From: an uncultured Thermoproteaceae archaeon
GTDB lineage: Archaea > Thermoproteota > Thermoprotei > Thermoproteales > Thermocladiaceae
DNA: 64,000 bases
Assembly (NCBI GenBank): GCA_964575955.1
Contig: CAZNTG010000009.1
Location: 64,001 to 128,000 of the forward strand
Reading direction: 5' to 3'
In this document: positions 49,743 to 58,493 of the stretch, piece by piece
Layout of the letters: every line of letters starts with the position of its first letter
Position numbering within the stretch: position 1 is the stretch's first letter
The notes under the pieces: generated by a model
What the model was told of the DNA's origin: nothing
What the model saw: the letters and a program-made list of their open reading frames with translations, nothing else
Database searches by the model: none
Translations under genes and position numbers: made by a program

Positions 49743-50931
49743 CTCTGAATAGTTTACTTAGATTTTCAATACCTTTAAATATGTCACTTATTGATGGATA
49801 TGTGAAGTTTAGTCTCATTGTATTTTTCTTTGGTTTAGATATGTAGAATGCTTCTCCTGGAACATATGCAACTTTATATTTTTCAACTGCTTTATGTATA
49901 AGCTTTTTAGTATCTATCTTCTCATCGTTTAATTCAACCCATATAAACATTCCACCTATAGGTTTTGTCCATTTTGCAATATTTAACATGTATGTTTCTA
50001 AAGCTTCTAACATTGCATCTCTCTTCTTCTTGTAATATGTTGCTAATTCAGGTAGTCTTCTATCAATTATACCCTTCTTCAACAATCTCACAAGTGCGTG
50101 TTGTAGTAGTGTTGTTGTTTGTAGATTAACTATCTGCTTCATCTTCACAACATGTTGATATAGTTCATCAGGAACTACCATCCACCCAATTCTAAATCCA
50201 GGTGCTAAAATTTTGCTAAATGTTGAACAGTATATAACCCTTCCAGACTTGTCTAACCGTATTAGTGGTATTGAATCAGGAGTTTCCTCATACATGTAGT
50301 AGCTGTATGGATCATCTTCAACTATGTAGAAGTTGTATTTTTCTGCAAGTTCTAGAAGATGTTTTCTCCTATCAAGACTCATAGTTATTCCTGTTGGATT
50401 TTGACACGTAGATACGGTATATAGAAACTTTATTTTCCTATTACTACTTTTCAAAATTTCTTCAAGTTTGTAAGTATCTATTCCATGTTCATCAATATCA
50501 ACATCAATAATATCTACATAGAAGCTCTTTAAGACTTGTATCATTGCTAGATATGTTGGTCTTTCAACAACTACAACATCTTTAGAATCTAAAATTGTTA
50601 GCGATATTAAGTATAGTGCTTCTTGACTACCTGAAGTTACTATAATATTGTTGGGATCTATTTTACATGATTTAGTTCTATACATAAGTTTTGAAATTTC
50701 TTCTCTAAGTTCAGGTATTCCTTCACTATCTGTATATTGTAATGCTCTTCTCCAATCACTTTCTAACGTTTCAACTATGCTCTCTTCAACATCTTTCCAT
50801 GGAAATGTCTCAGGGTCTGGTAATCCACCTGCAAAAGATATTACATCTTTTTTAGATATGACTTTAAGTATGTCACGTATAGCAGATATTTCAACTTCAA
50901 AGCATCTCTTAGAAAGATAGTCATGACTCAG
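49729..50931 (-). CDS. PLP-dependent class I aminotransferase (aromatic/2-aminoadipate type); start CTG 50931, or ATG 50943 read through TAG
   Basis: ISFAGGLPDP and ALQY..SEG lie upstream of the ORF-track ATG 50685; QNPTG, DDPY, TFSKILAPGFRIGW, RLNF. Confidence 0.9.
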   Translation of the reverse strand: MSHDYLSKRCFEVEISAIRDILKVISKKDVISFAGGLPDPETFPWKDVEESIVETLESDWRRALQYTDSEGIPELREEISKLMYRTKSCKIDPNNIIVTSGSQEALYLISLTILDSKDVVVVERPTYLAMIQVLKSFYVDIIDVDIDEHGIDTYKLEEILKSSNRKIKFLYTVSTCQNPTGITMSLDRRKHLLELAEKYNFYIVEDDPYSYYMYEETPDSIPLIRLDKSGRVIYCSTFSKILAPGFRIGWMVVPDELYQHVVKMKQIVNLQTTTLLQHALVRLLKKGIIDRRLPELATYYKKKRDAMLEALETYMLNIAKWTKPIGGMFIWVELNDEKIDTKKLIHKAVEKYKVAYVPGEAFYISKPKKNTMRLNFTYPSISDIFKGIENLSKLFRDVKY

Positions 50932-50990
50932 CTATATCCCCATAATCAAATGTAGAGGAAGCCTTATTAAGTTACTTCAACAGTCTACAT

Positions 50991-51806
50991 ATGGAAACGC
51001 TAGATATACCTATTAAGAAGGATAGAGTATACATTGTCGGTCTTGGTCCAGGAGATGTATCATTAATAACTTTGAAAGCATTATCAATATTGAAGAAGGT
51101 TGAGGTAGCACTATACACAGGTTCATTACTAAGTCCAAAGCTTGTTAAACTCATTAAAGAATATGCCAAAGAGGTCTACAATACAGCGACATTGAGTGAA
51201 GATGAGATTGTGAATATTCTTGAGAGTGGATATAGGAGAGGTAAATTAACAGCATGGTTTCACGATGGTTGTCCAACAATATATGGAGGTCTGTGGAATA
51301 TAATATCAAAATTGAAAGAGAGGAACATACCTTATGAGATAGTTCCAGGAGTACCATCATTTTGTGCTGCAGCAGCTAGATTAGGTATTGAACTTACAGT
51401 ACCTGAAGAATCACAGACATTAATCATAAGTAGAATCAGTAGAAGAGCTCCTATGAGAGATGAAGAACGTGTTAGAAACTTCGTAGGTAAAGGAACGATA
51501 ATACTAATGCTTAGCATACATGCACCAGACCTAGTTGTTGAAGAATTGAAGAGTGGTGGTATGAGTGGTGATGAACAGATAGTCCTAGTACATAGAGTAA
51601 CATGGGGAGAACCTACAGAGAAAATTATTAGATGTAAATTAGAGGAACTTCCTAAAGTTGTTGAAAGAGAAAATATTAAAGGATGCTCTGTCATAATTGT
51701 TGGACCATGTATAGATGAGAGAAGTTTCTCAAAAACTTTCAGAAGTATTGTATACTCACCCGATAAGCATAAATATAGTAGAACAGTAGTAAGTGAGGGT
51801 CATTGA
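50991..51806 (+). CDS. cbiF: Cobalt-precorrin-4 C11-methyltransferase
   Basis: VGLGPGD, YTGSL, GCPTIYG, VPGV, ELTVPEESQTLII, RVTW. Confidence 0.85.
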   Translation: METLDIPIKKDRVYIVGLGPGDVSLITLKALSILKKVEVALYTGSLLSPKLVKLIKEYAKEVYNTATLSEDEIVNILESGYRRGKLTAWFHDGCPTIYGGLWNIISKLKERNIPYEIVPGVPSFCAAAARLGIELTVPEESQTLIISRISRRAPMRDEERVRNFVGKGTIILMLSIHAPDLVVEELKSGGMSGDEQIVLVHRVTWGEPTEKIIRCKLEELPKVVERENIKGCSVIIVGPCIDERSFSKTFRSIVYSPDKHKYSRTVVSEGH

Positions 51807-52966
51807 TAAATTTATCAAGAATAAGAGTTGGAATCTGTAAGACAGGTCTAGAGGCAGTTCTAATACTTGAAGATGGGTCAATATACTATGGATGTGGTTT
51901 TGGTGCTAAGGGTACTGCAGTTGGAGAGGTAGTATTTACAACATCAATGGTTGGATATCCAGAATCATTAACAGATCCAAGCTATGCAGGTCAAATATTG
52001 ATAATTACACACCCACTAGTTGGCAATTATGGTGTTGCATCTAGAGAATTAGCAATATATGGTGTGCCACTACACTTCGAATCTGATAGAATATGGGTAT
52101 CAGGATTTGTAATACACGACTTAACAGAGCCAAGTCACTGGTCATCAATTATGAGTTTAGATGAGTGGCTTCGTAGAGAGGGAATACCTGGAATATATAG
52201 AGTTGATACACGTGCATTAGTGAAGAAGATTAGAGAGAAAGGTGTTATGATGGGCATATTACACGTATATGATCCTAGAGAAGAAGAGCCAGACATAGAT
52301 GAGCTATATGCAAAATTGAAAAGTTCTCCAAGATATGATGATATACCTTTCGTAGATATAGTATCTCCAAAAGAAGTAATAGTTCATGAACCTGAAAATC
52401 CAAAAATTACTGTAGGTATACTTGACTGCGGTGTTAAGTATGGAATTGTTAGAGAATTATTAAAGAGGAGGTGTAGAGTTGTGAGATATCCACCATATAC
52501 AGATCCTTCAAAGATAGTTAATGAATGCGATGGTGTTGTAATTAGTAATGGTCCTGGAAATCCTGCAGTACTTACAGAAATTATAAAGCGTGTACAAGCA
52601 TTAATAGAGTATGGAATACCAATACTAGGTATATGCCTTGGACATCAACTAACATCACTAGCACTTGGAGCAAAGACATTCAAATTAAAGTACGGTCATA
52701 GAGGTCCAAATAAGACTGTTAAAGATTTAGAGACAGGTAGATGCTATATAACAACTCAAAATCATGGTTTTGCAGTAGATAGAGAACTTGCAGAAAAGGT
52801 TGGACTGAAATTATGGTTTATAAATGTTGATGATAAGACTGTTGAAGGTTTAAAACATGTAAATAAACCAATAATAACAGTGCAGTTTCATCCTGAGGCA
52901 GGACCTGGACCTCATGATACATCTTGGATATTTGACCTATTTCTAAAAATGATGAAAGCTCAGTAA
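51803..52966 (+). CDS. carA: Carbamoyl-phosphate synthase small subunit
   Basis: LTDPSY, SNGPGNP, GICLGHQ, QNHGF, QFHPEAGPGPHD. Confidence 0.97.
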   Translation: MINLSRIRVGICKTGLEAVLILEDGSIYYGCGFGAKGTAVGEVVFTTSMVGYPESLTDPSYAGQILIITHPLVGNYGVASRELAIYGVPLHFESDRIWVSGFVIHDLTEPSHWSSIMSLDEWLRREGIPGIYRVDTRALVKKIREKGVMMGILHVYDPREEEPDIDELYAKLKSSPRYDDIPFVDIVSPKEVIVHEPENPKITVGILDCGVKYGIVRELLKRRCRVVRYPPYTDPSKIVNECDGVVISNGPGNPAVLTEIIKRVQALIEYGIPILGICLGHQLTSLALGAKTFKLKYGHRGPNKTVKDLETGRCYITTQNHGFAVDRELAEKVGLKLWFINVDDKTVEGLKHVNKPIITVQFHPEAGPGPHDTSWIFDLFLKMMKAQ

Positions 52967-52997
52967 ACAGAGAGATGAAGATGCGGAGCTGGTCTGA
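52949..52997 (+). ncRNA. C/D-box guide sRNA overlapping the last codons of carA; guides match 16S rRNA consensus
   Basis: ATGATGA-AAGCTCAGTAAA-CAGA-gag-ATGAAGA-TGCGGAGCTGGT-CTGA. Confidence 0.9.
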
Positions 52998-53062
52998 CAT
53001 GATGTATATTATACATTTTAAGGTAATATTCATAACATATCTACGAGATATTTAAAATAGTT

Positions 53063-53989
53063 GTGAAGAATCAAGTATGGGCCGAACGTGTTGAAGGTAT
53101 TGTTGGTATAGTTATATCGATAGTAGTATGGTTTATCAGATATCTAGTCTCAATATTCACACTATCAGTTGCAGTACTTGTAGATGCTATACATGCACTT
53201 ATAGATGCATCAACATCAGGAATAGTCTTAGGTACTAGTTTAATAGCTGAAAAACCTGCAGATGAAGAACATCCATATGGTCATGGTAGGGCAGTTGCAC
53301 TTGGATCAAACATTATTGGAATAATAGTGTCAGGTATTGGAGTATGGATGATATATGAAGCAGTTATGAGATATATATCAAAGACATTTCCGATACTAAA
53401 CTACCTATACATATTTGCACCAATAATGTTAACAACAGCATTTATAAAATTTGGACAATGGCTATTTGCCAGATATCTAGGATTGAAATATAGATCTAGA
53501 CTATGTCTAGCGGATGCAAAACATCATCTAGCTGATGCATTGATGACAATTGCAGTAGTACTATCCATGTACATAATATACTTCACAAAACTCTACATAG
53601 TTGACATATTGATAGCTATTGGAATTGGAACATTCATAATTAAGGAAGGTCTAAAAATTGTTAGAGAATCATCATCAATACTACTAGACAGATGTGTCAC
53701 ACCACTAGCTAGAGAAGTTGAAAATATTGCAAAAAATGTTAAAGGTGTTAAAGATGTCAAGAGAGTACGCGTTAGAGATTTTGGAAGATACTACGTTGCA
53801 GAGCTTGACCTTGTAGTTGATAAAAATATGACTCTAGAAGAAGCACACGATCTAGCACATGCTGTTGAGAGTGAAATTATGAGTAAGATACCTGAAATAA
53901 GACATGTACATACACATTTCGCACCTGAAGGAGGTGAATATGTTAGAGAGGATACCAACAAGCAACAAAATGCTCATCATCAATCTTAA
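53063..53989 (+). CDS. Cation diffusion facilitator (FieF-like)
   Basis: DAIHALID, ADEEHPYGHGR, ADAKHHLAD, EAHDLA. Confidence 0.93.
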   Translation: MKNQVWAERVEGIVGIVISIVVWFIRYLVSIFTLSVAVLVDAIHALIDASTSGIVLGTSLIAEKPADEEHPYGHGRAVALGSNIIGIIVSGIGVWMIYEAVMRYISKTFPILNYLYIFAPIMLTTAFIKFGQWLFARYLGLKYRSRLCLADAKHHLADALMTIAVVLSMYIIYFTKLYIVDILIAIGIGTFIIKEGLKIVRESSSILLDRCVTPLAREVENIAKNVKGVKDVKRVRVRDFGRYYVAELDLVVDKNMTLEEAHDLAHAVESEIMSKIPEIRHVHTHFAPEGGEYVREDTNKQQNAHHQS

Positions 53990-55007
53990 CGATAGGTGGT
54001 CTCTCTCTAGCACACTTCTCTCTAGCATATATACATCTAGGATAGAATGGACATCCCTCTGGTAATTCTATAGGATTTGGAGGTACATCACCCTTAATTG
54101 GTATGTCAGTAATCTTACGATTAGAATCTACTGTTGGAACTGCAGCAATTAATGCTCTAGTATATGGATGTGATGGATTAAACACAACTTTATCAGAATC
54201 TCCAATCTCTACAATAAACCCTAGATAGAGTACACAAATTCTATTTCCAACATATCTAGCAGTTGCAATATCGTGAGTTATGTATAGGTATGTTAAGTTG
54301 AACTGATCTTTAAGATCCATCATCAAATTGAGAATATCTGCACGTAGAGATACATCAAGCATAGATATTGGCTCATCAGCAATTACAAGTCTTGGACGTA
54401 GAATTAATGCTCTAGCAATAGCTACACGCTGTCTCTGTCCACCAGAAAGCTCATGTGGATATCTATCTAGATAATCTTCAGGAGGTGTTAATTGGACTTG
54501 TTCTAACATCTTTATAACATACTTCTCTAACTCTTTCTTATCACGTACAATCTTATGAACTATTAGTGGTTCTGCAATTATATCTCTAACTTTCAATCTC
54601 GGATTTAGAGATTCGTAAGGATCTTGAAAAATTACCTGTATATATCTTCTATATCTATGAAACTCTTTATCACTTAGAGATGCAATATCTACTTCATTAC
54701 CATCAAGATTTAGAATAATCTTACCTCTAGTAATTTTAACGAGTCTTGCAATTGCCTTACCTAGAGTAGTTTTTCCACAACCGCTCTCACCAACTAGTGA
54801 AAGTATTTCTCCCTGCCTAATTGTCAGTGTAACGTCGTTTAGAGCTTTTACATACTTTCTAGAGAATGATAGACCTCTAAACAGTGGATACCATACACGT
54901 AGCTTAACAATCTTCAACAATGCTTCACTATCCTGAGCACAATATCTCTCATATTCCTCACTTATAGGTGCTAGATCTTTCTCAAGTTCAGCTATACGAG
55001 ATGGCAT
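53943..55007 (-). CDS. oppF: Peptide/nickel ABC transporter ATP-binding subunit (OppF/DppF)
   Basis: GESGCGKT, FQDPYESLNPR, LSGGQRQR, HPYT, C-terminal Cys motif. Confidence 0.92.
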   Translation of the reverse strand: MPSRIAELEKDLAPISEEYERYCAQDSEALLKIVKLRVWYPLFRGLSFSRKYVKALNDVTLTIRQGEILSLVGESGCGKTTLGKAIARLVKITRGKIILNLDGNEVDIASLSDKEFHRYRRYIQVIFQDPYESLNPRLKVRDIIAEPLIVHKIVRDKKELEKYVIKMLEQVQLTPPEDYLDRYPHELSGGQRQRVAIARALILRPRLVIADEPISMLDVSLRADILNLMMDLKDQFNLTYLYITHDIATARYVGNRICVLYLGFIVEIGDSDKVVFNPSHPYTRALIAAVPTVDSNRKITDIPIKGDVPPNPIELPEGCPFYPRCIYAREKCARERPPIVKIDDEHFVACWYPL

Positions 55008-55966
55008 GCTACCAGTCTACCCTCTCCAACATTTCTAAGTTCAGGTTCTTCTTTTTTACATATCTCGTCAGCATATGGACATCTAGGATGAAATCTACAT
55101 CCAGGTGGTGGATTTCTAAGGTCAGGTGGTGTTCCAGGTATGCCTCTAAGTCTCTTCTTTTCACCATATAGTCTAGGTATAGCTTCTAGTAGAGCTTTCG
55201 TATATGGATGAAGAGGTTCATTATACACCTTATCTAGAGGACCATACTCAACAATCTTACCAGCATACATAACAGCTACATAATCGGCAACTTGAGCTAT
55301 TAATGATAAATCGTGAGTTATGAATAGTAGTCCGAAGTTAAATTTTTTCTGTAAATCTTTTAAGAGTTTTATAACTTGTGCTTGTGTAATAACGTCTAGT
55401 GCTGTTGTTGGTTCATCAGCAATAATAACTTTTGGATATGTTGCTAATGCCATAGCAATAACCACACGTTGTCTTTGTCCACCAGAAAGTTCATGTGGGT
55501 ATGAGTCAAATCTTGAAGGATCTATATTTACACATTTTAGAAGATTTTTAGCACGTTCCTCAGCTTCTCTTCTACTAATATTCTCATGTAGAAGTATTGC
55601 TTCTACTATCTGATCACCAATCTTTATAAATGGGTTTAGAGCATTCATAGCACCTTGAGGTATTATTGATATGTATTTCCACCTAATTCTACTCCTAAGT
55701 TCAGATTCTGAAAGTTTTGTAATATCTACATATCCTCTATCTGTCAATACTTCAATACTTCCATTAACAATCTTAGCATTTGCAGGTAATATCCTTATTA
55801 ATGTCATTGCAAGACTAGACTTGCCACATCCACTTTCACCAACTATGCCTAACGTTCTACCTTTAAATACTGAGAATGATATTCCATCAACAGCTCTAAC
55901 AAACTGTCCATCCTCCATGTAGTAGTACATTTTCAGGTTTTGAACTTTCAATACTTCAAAACTCAT
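54992..55966 (-). CDS. oppD: Peptide/nickel ABC transporter ATP-binding subunit (OppD/DppD)
   Basis: GESGCGKS, LSGGQRQR, ADEPTTALDV, GCRFHPRC. Confidence 0.92.
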   Translation of the reverse strand: MSFEVLKVQNLKMYYYMEDGQFVRAVDGISFSVFKGRTLGIVGESGCGKSSLAMTLIRILPANAKIVNGSIEVLTDRGYVDITKLSESELRSRIRWKYISIIPQGAMNALNPFIKIGDQIVEAILLHENISRREAEERAKNLLKCVNIDPSRFDSYPHELSGGQRQRVVIAMALATYPKVIIADEPTTALDVITQAQVIKLLKDLQKKFNFGLLFITHDLSLIAQVADYVAVMYAGKIVEYGPLDKVYNEPLHPYTKALLEAIPRLYGEKKRLRGIPGTPPDLRNPPPGCRFHPRCPYADEICKKEEPELRNVGEGRLVACHLV

Positions 55967-55970
55967 AACC

Positions 55971-57278
55971 TCACCTGTAGTGTCTAAGTCTTGGATTTAA
56001 TACTTCTTCTAAACCTCTACCTATGAGTACGAATGCTAGACATATTATAGCTAGCATAAGTCCAGGAGGTACCCACCACCACCAATATCCACACTGTAGA
56101 TATGGCTCAGCTGCTTCAAGCATTCTACCCCATGTTGGGTAGAATGGACTACTTAAACCGAGGAATGACAATACTGCCTCTGTTATTATAGCAGCAGGTA
56201 TGCTAAGTATAGTTCTAATAAGAACGTAAGGCATTGCGTGAGGTAGTACATGTTTAAACATTATTCTAAGATCTGAAACACCTATAGAACGTTCAGCCTC
56301 TACAAATGGTGTTGCAGCTGTCTGTTGTGCAATTACATGAACAACTCTAGCAGTACCACCCCAACCCAATAGTCCAAGTATTAGAGCAACCTCAAATGGA
56401 CTAGGCTTTCCATATGCTATAGATATCAAGATTAGTAATATTAATGCTGGAAAGTTTATTATAACATCATAAGTCCATACTAATGCTTCACTTATGAAAT
56501 ATAGTGAGAATATGTTAAATATTCTACTGAAAAATCCGTAATATCCACTTAAAATTCCTAAAATTACAGCTATAGCTGTTGATACTAGTGCAGCAACAAA
56601 TCCAACCATTAGTGATATTGGTGCACCCCATACAAGACCAGCCCATAGATCTCTACCATATATGTCAGTTCCAAGAAGACCAAATACTTGACTCTTAACT
56701 ATAACTCTCATACCTATAATCTTAACACCTTTTGAAACAACTATGAACTTGTATACACCTCTACCACCAATTTTAAATAGCTTGAATGTTACTAGAGATC
56801 CGGGAAGCATATTAAACATCTCTACTAAATACTTACCACTAGCTATAGATAGCGAAGTTTCAGATGATGTGGTTATCGAATTATCTACAGGTATTTTAGT
56901 TCCATTTGGAAGTACTACATATAGTGTTATATTTCCAAGTCCCGCAGTTTTATATACTATGAAGTCTATATCTTGTGGAGGTTCATCATATGTGTAGTTT
57001 ATTGTAAATATGCAGATATTAGATCTATTACAGCTGATATACTTGTTCATATATGGCATGTACGTCTTACCTGTAAATATGCTAATCCAGGATGGTGCTG
57101 CACCTCTAGGATAGTATGTTTCCCAAAATGTGTAATCACACCATTTGCCTAGTACCCATCCATATTTAACAAATGCTAATATGCATAGTGCAATTATGAA
57201 GCTTAGAAGTACCAGTCCTGCAATAACGTTACTATTCCTGAGTAGCAACTTTATATTTCTTCTCCACTCGTACGTCAT
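55971..57278 (-). CDS. oppC: Peptide ABC transporter permease (OppC/DppC) with large extracellular insert
   Basis: LGTDIYGRD, EAA-type loop FVEAERSIG, EAVLSFLGL. Confidence 0.9.
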   Translation of the reverse strand: MTYEWRRNIKLLLRNSNVIAGLVLLSFIIALCILAFVKYGWVLGKWCDYTFWETYYPRGAAPSWISIFTGKTYMPYMNKYISCNRSNICIFTINYTYDEPPQDIDFIVYKTAGLGNITLYVVLPNGTKIPVDNSITTSSETSLSIASGKYLVEMFNMLPGSLVTFKLFKIGGRGVYKFIVVSKGVKIIGMRVIVKSQVFGLLGTDIYGRDLWAGLVWGAPISLMVGFVAALVSTAIAVILGILSGYYGFFSRIFNIFSLYFISEALVWTYDVIINFPALILLILISIAYGKPSPFEVALILGLLGWGGTARVVHVIAQQTAATPFVEAERSIGVSDLRIMFKHVLPHAMPYVLIRTILSIPAAIITEAVLSFLGLSSPFYPTWGRMLEAAEPYLQCGYWWWWVPPGLMLAIICLAFVLIGRGLEEVLNPRLRHYR

Positions 57279-58369
57279 GTTAATCCCTTTCTAAGTCTTG
57301 GATCTAGTATTAGTACTAGTATATCAGCTATGAAAAGCGTTACTGCATATATCAGCACTGTCACATATGTCACTGCCATTATCATTGCTGCATCCATACT
57401 CTCAATAGCTCTCCAGTAGAGTAATCCCATGCCAGGCCAGTTAAATACCATCTCAGTAACTATAGCACCTCCAAAAGCTTCTGCAAGTGCTATAGCACAC
57501 ATAACAACTATAGATGGTGCAGCTGCTCTAAGAGCATGATTATACAATATCTTCCTCTCAGGAACACCCTTAGCTCTTGCAGTTAGTATATAGTCTTCTC
57601 TTAAAACATCTAGAAGTAGTGAACGTACAACAAGCGCACCACCTCCAAAGTGCATAAATGCTAGTGTAATCATTGGAAGTGCTAGATGCCATAATACATC
57701 AAGTACAACACCTAGAGGTGTTGATGGTGGTGGAACGCTCATCATACGTCCAGGTGGGAATATCTTCATCTCAATTGCAAATACGTATATCATAATCATA
57801 GCTATGTAAAATACAGGAAAACTCCAAGTTATCATACTCACAATAGTTATAACATTATCAGCAACAGAACCTCTCTTATTAGCTATGTAAGGTCCAATAT
57901 ATATTGCAAGTAGAAGACCAACAATAACAGAAGTGACTAATAGAAGTACTGTTCTAGGTATTGCCTGTGCAATAATTGCAGCAGTATTACTACCAGTAAA
58001 GCCTAGAGATGAATAATCTGCTGAACATGGTGGAAAATGAAACGTTAAGAATGATATTAAGAAGTATCCAAGTAGGTTAAATTCATTAACAATTTCAGGA
58101 GTATGACATCCACATAGTGGAGAACATAGATGATATCTATAGGTTAAAATATTGCAAAATATGTTATGTATAAGCTCCTTCATCTGTGTAGCTGTTAGAG
58201 CTTTATGTTGAGATGCTACATATGCAGCAACAGCAGCAGCATGATATGCTGTTGATACAACAATAGTCTTATATGATGGATACATTAGAAAATAGGTTAT
58301 GAGTAGTATTATCAAGACAATACTAATCCTCTTGAAAAACTGACTAACAATATACCTTATACTAAACAT
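57275..58369 (-). CDS. oppB: Peptide ABC transporter permease (OppB/DppB)
   Basis: EDYILTARAKG, EMVFNWPGMG, LDPR. Confidence 0.92.
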   Translation of the reverse strand: MFSIRYIVSQFFKRISIVLIILLITYFLMYPSYKTIVVSTAYHAAAVAAYVASQHKALTATQMKELIHNIFCNILTYRYHLCSPLCGCHTPEIVNEFNLLGYFLISFLTFHFPPCSADYSSLGFTGSNTAAIIAQAIPRTVLLLVTSVIVGLLLAIYIGPYIANKRGSVADNVITIVSMITWSFPVFYIAMIMIYVFAIEMKIFPPGRMMSVPPPSTPLGVVLDVLWHLALPMITLAFMHFGGGALVVRSLLLDVLREDYILTARAKGVPERKILYNHALRAAAPSIVVMCAIALAEAFGGAIVTEMVFNWPGMGLLYWRAIESMDAAMIMAVTYVTVLIYAVTLFIADILVLILDPRLRKGLT

Positions 58370-58493
58370 TTCAATTCACTTAACATGGAAATCCATGAGG
58401 ATATATAACTATTTCCTACTTACTAGAAAGATTAGAAAGATACAATTATGAGATTTGAAAAAGAGAGTAGAAGATTGATTACTTTAATTTAAC

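Noticed and set aside
50928-50949. Half C/D motif on the minus strand (TTGATTA-11 nt-CTGA)
   Set aside because: No convincing upstream C and D' boxes; better explained as the aminotransferase start region
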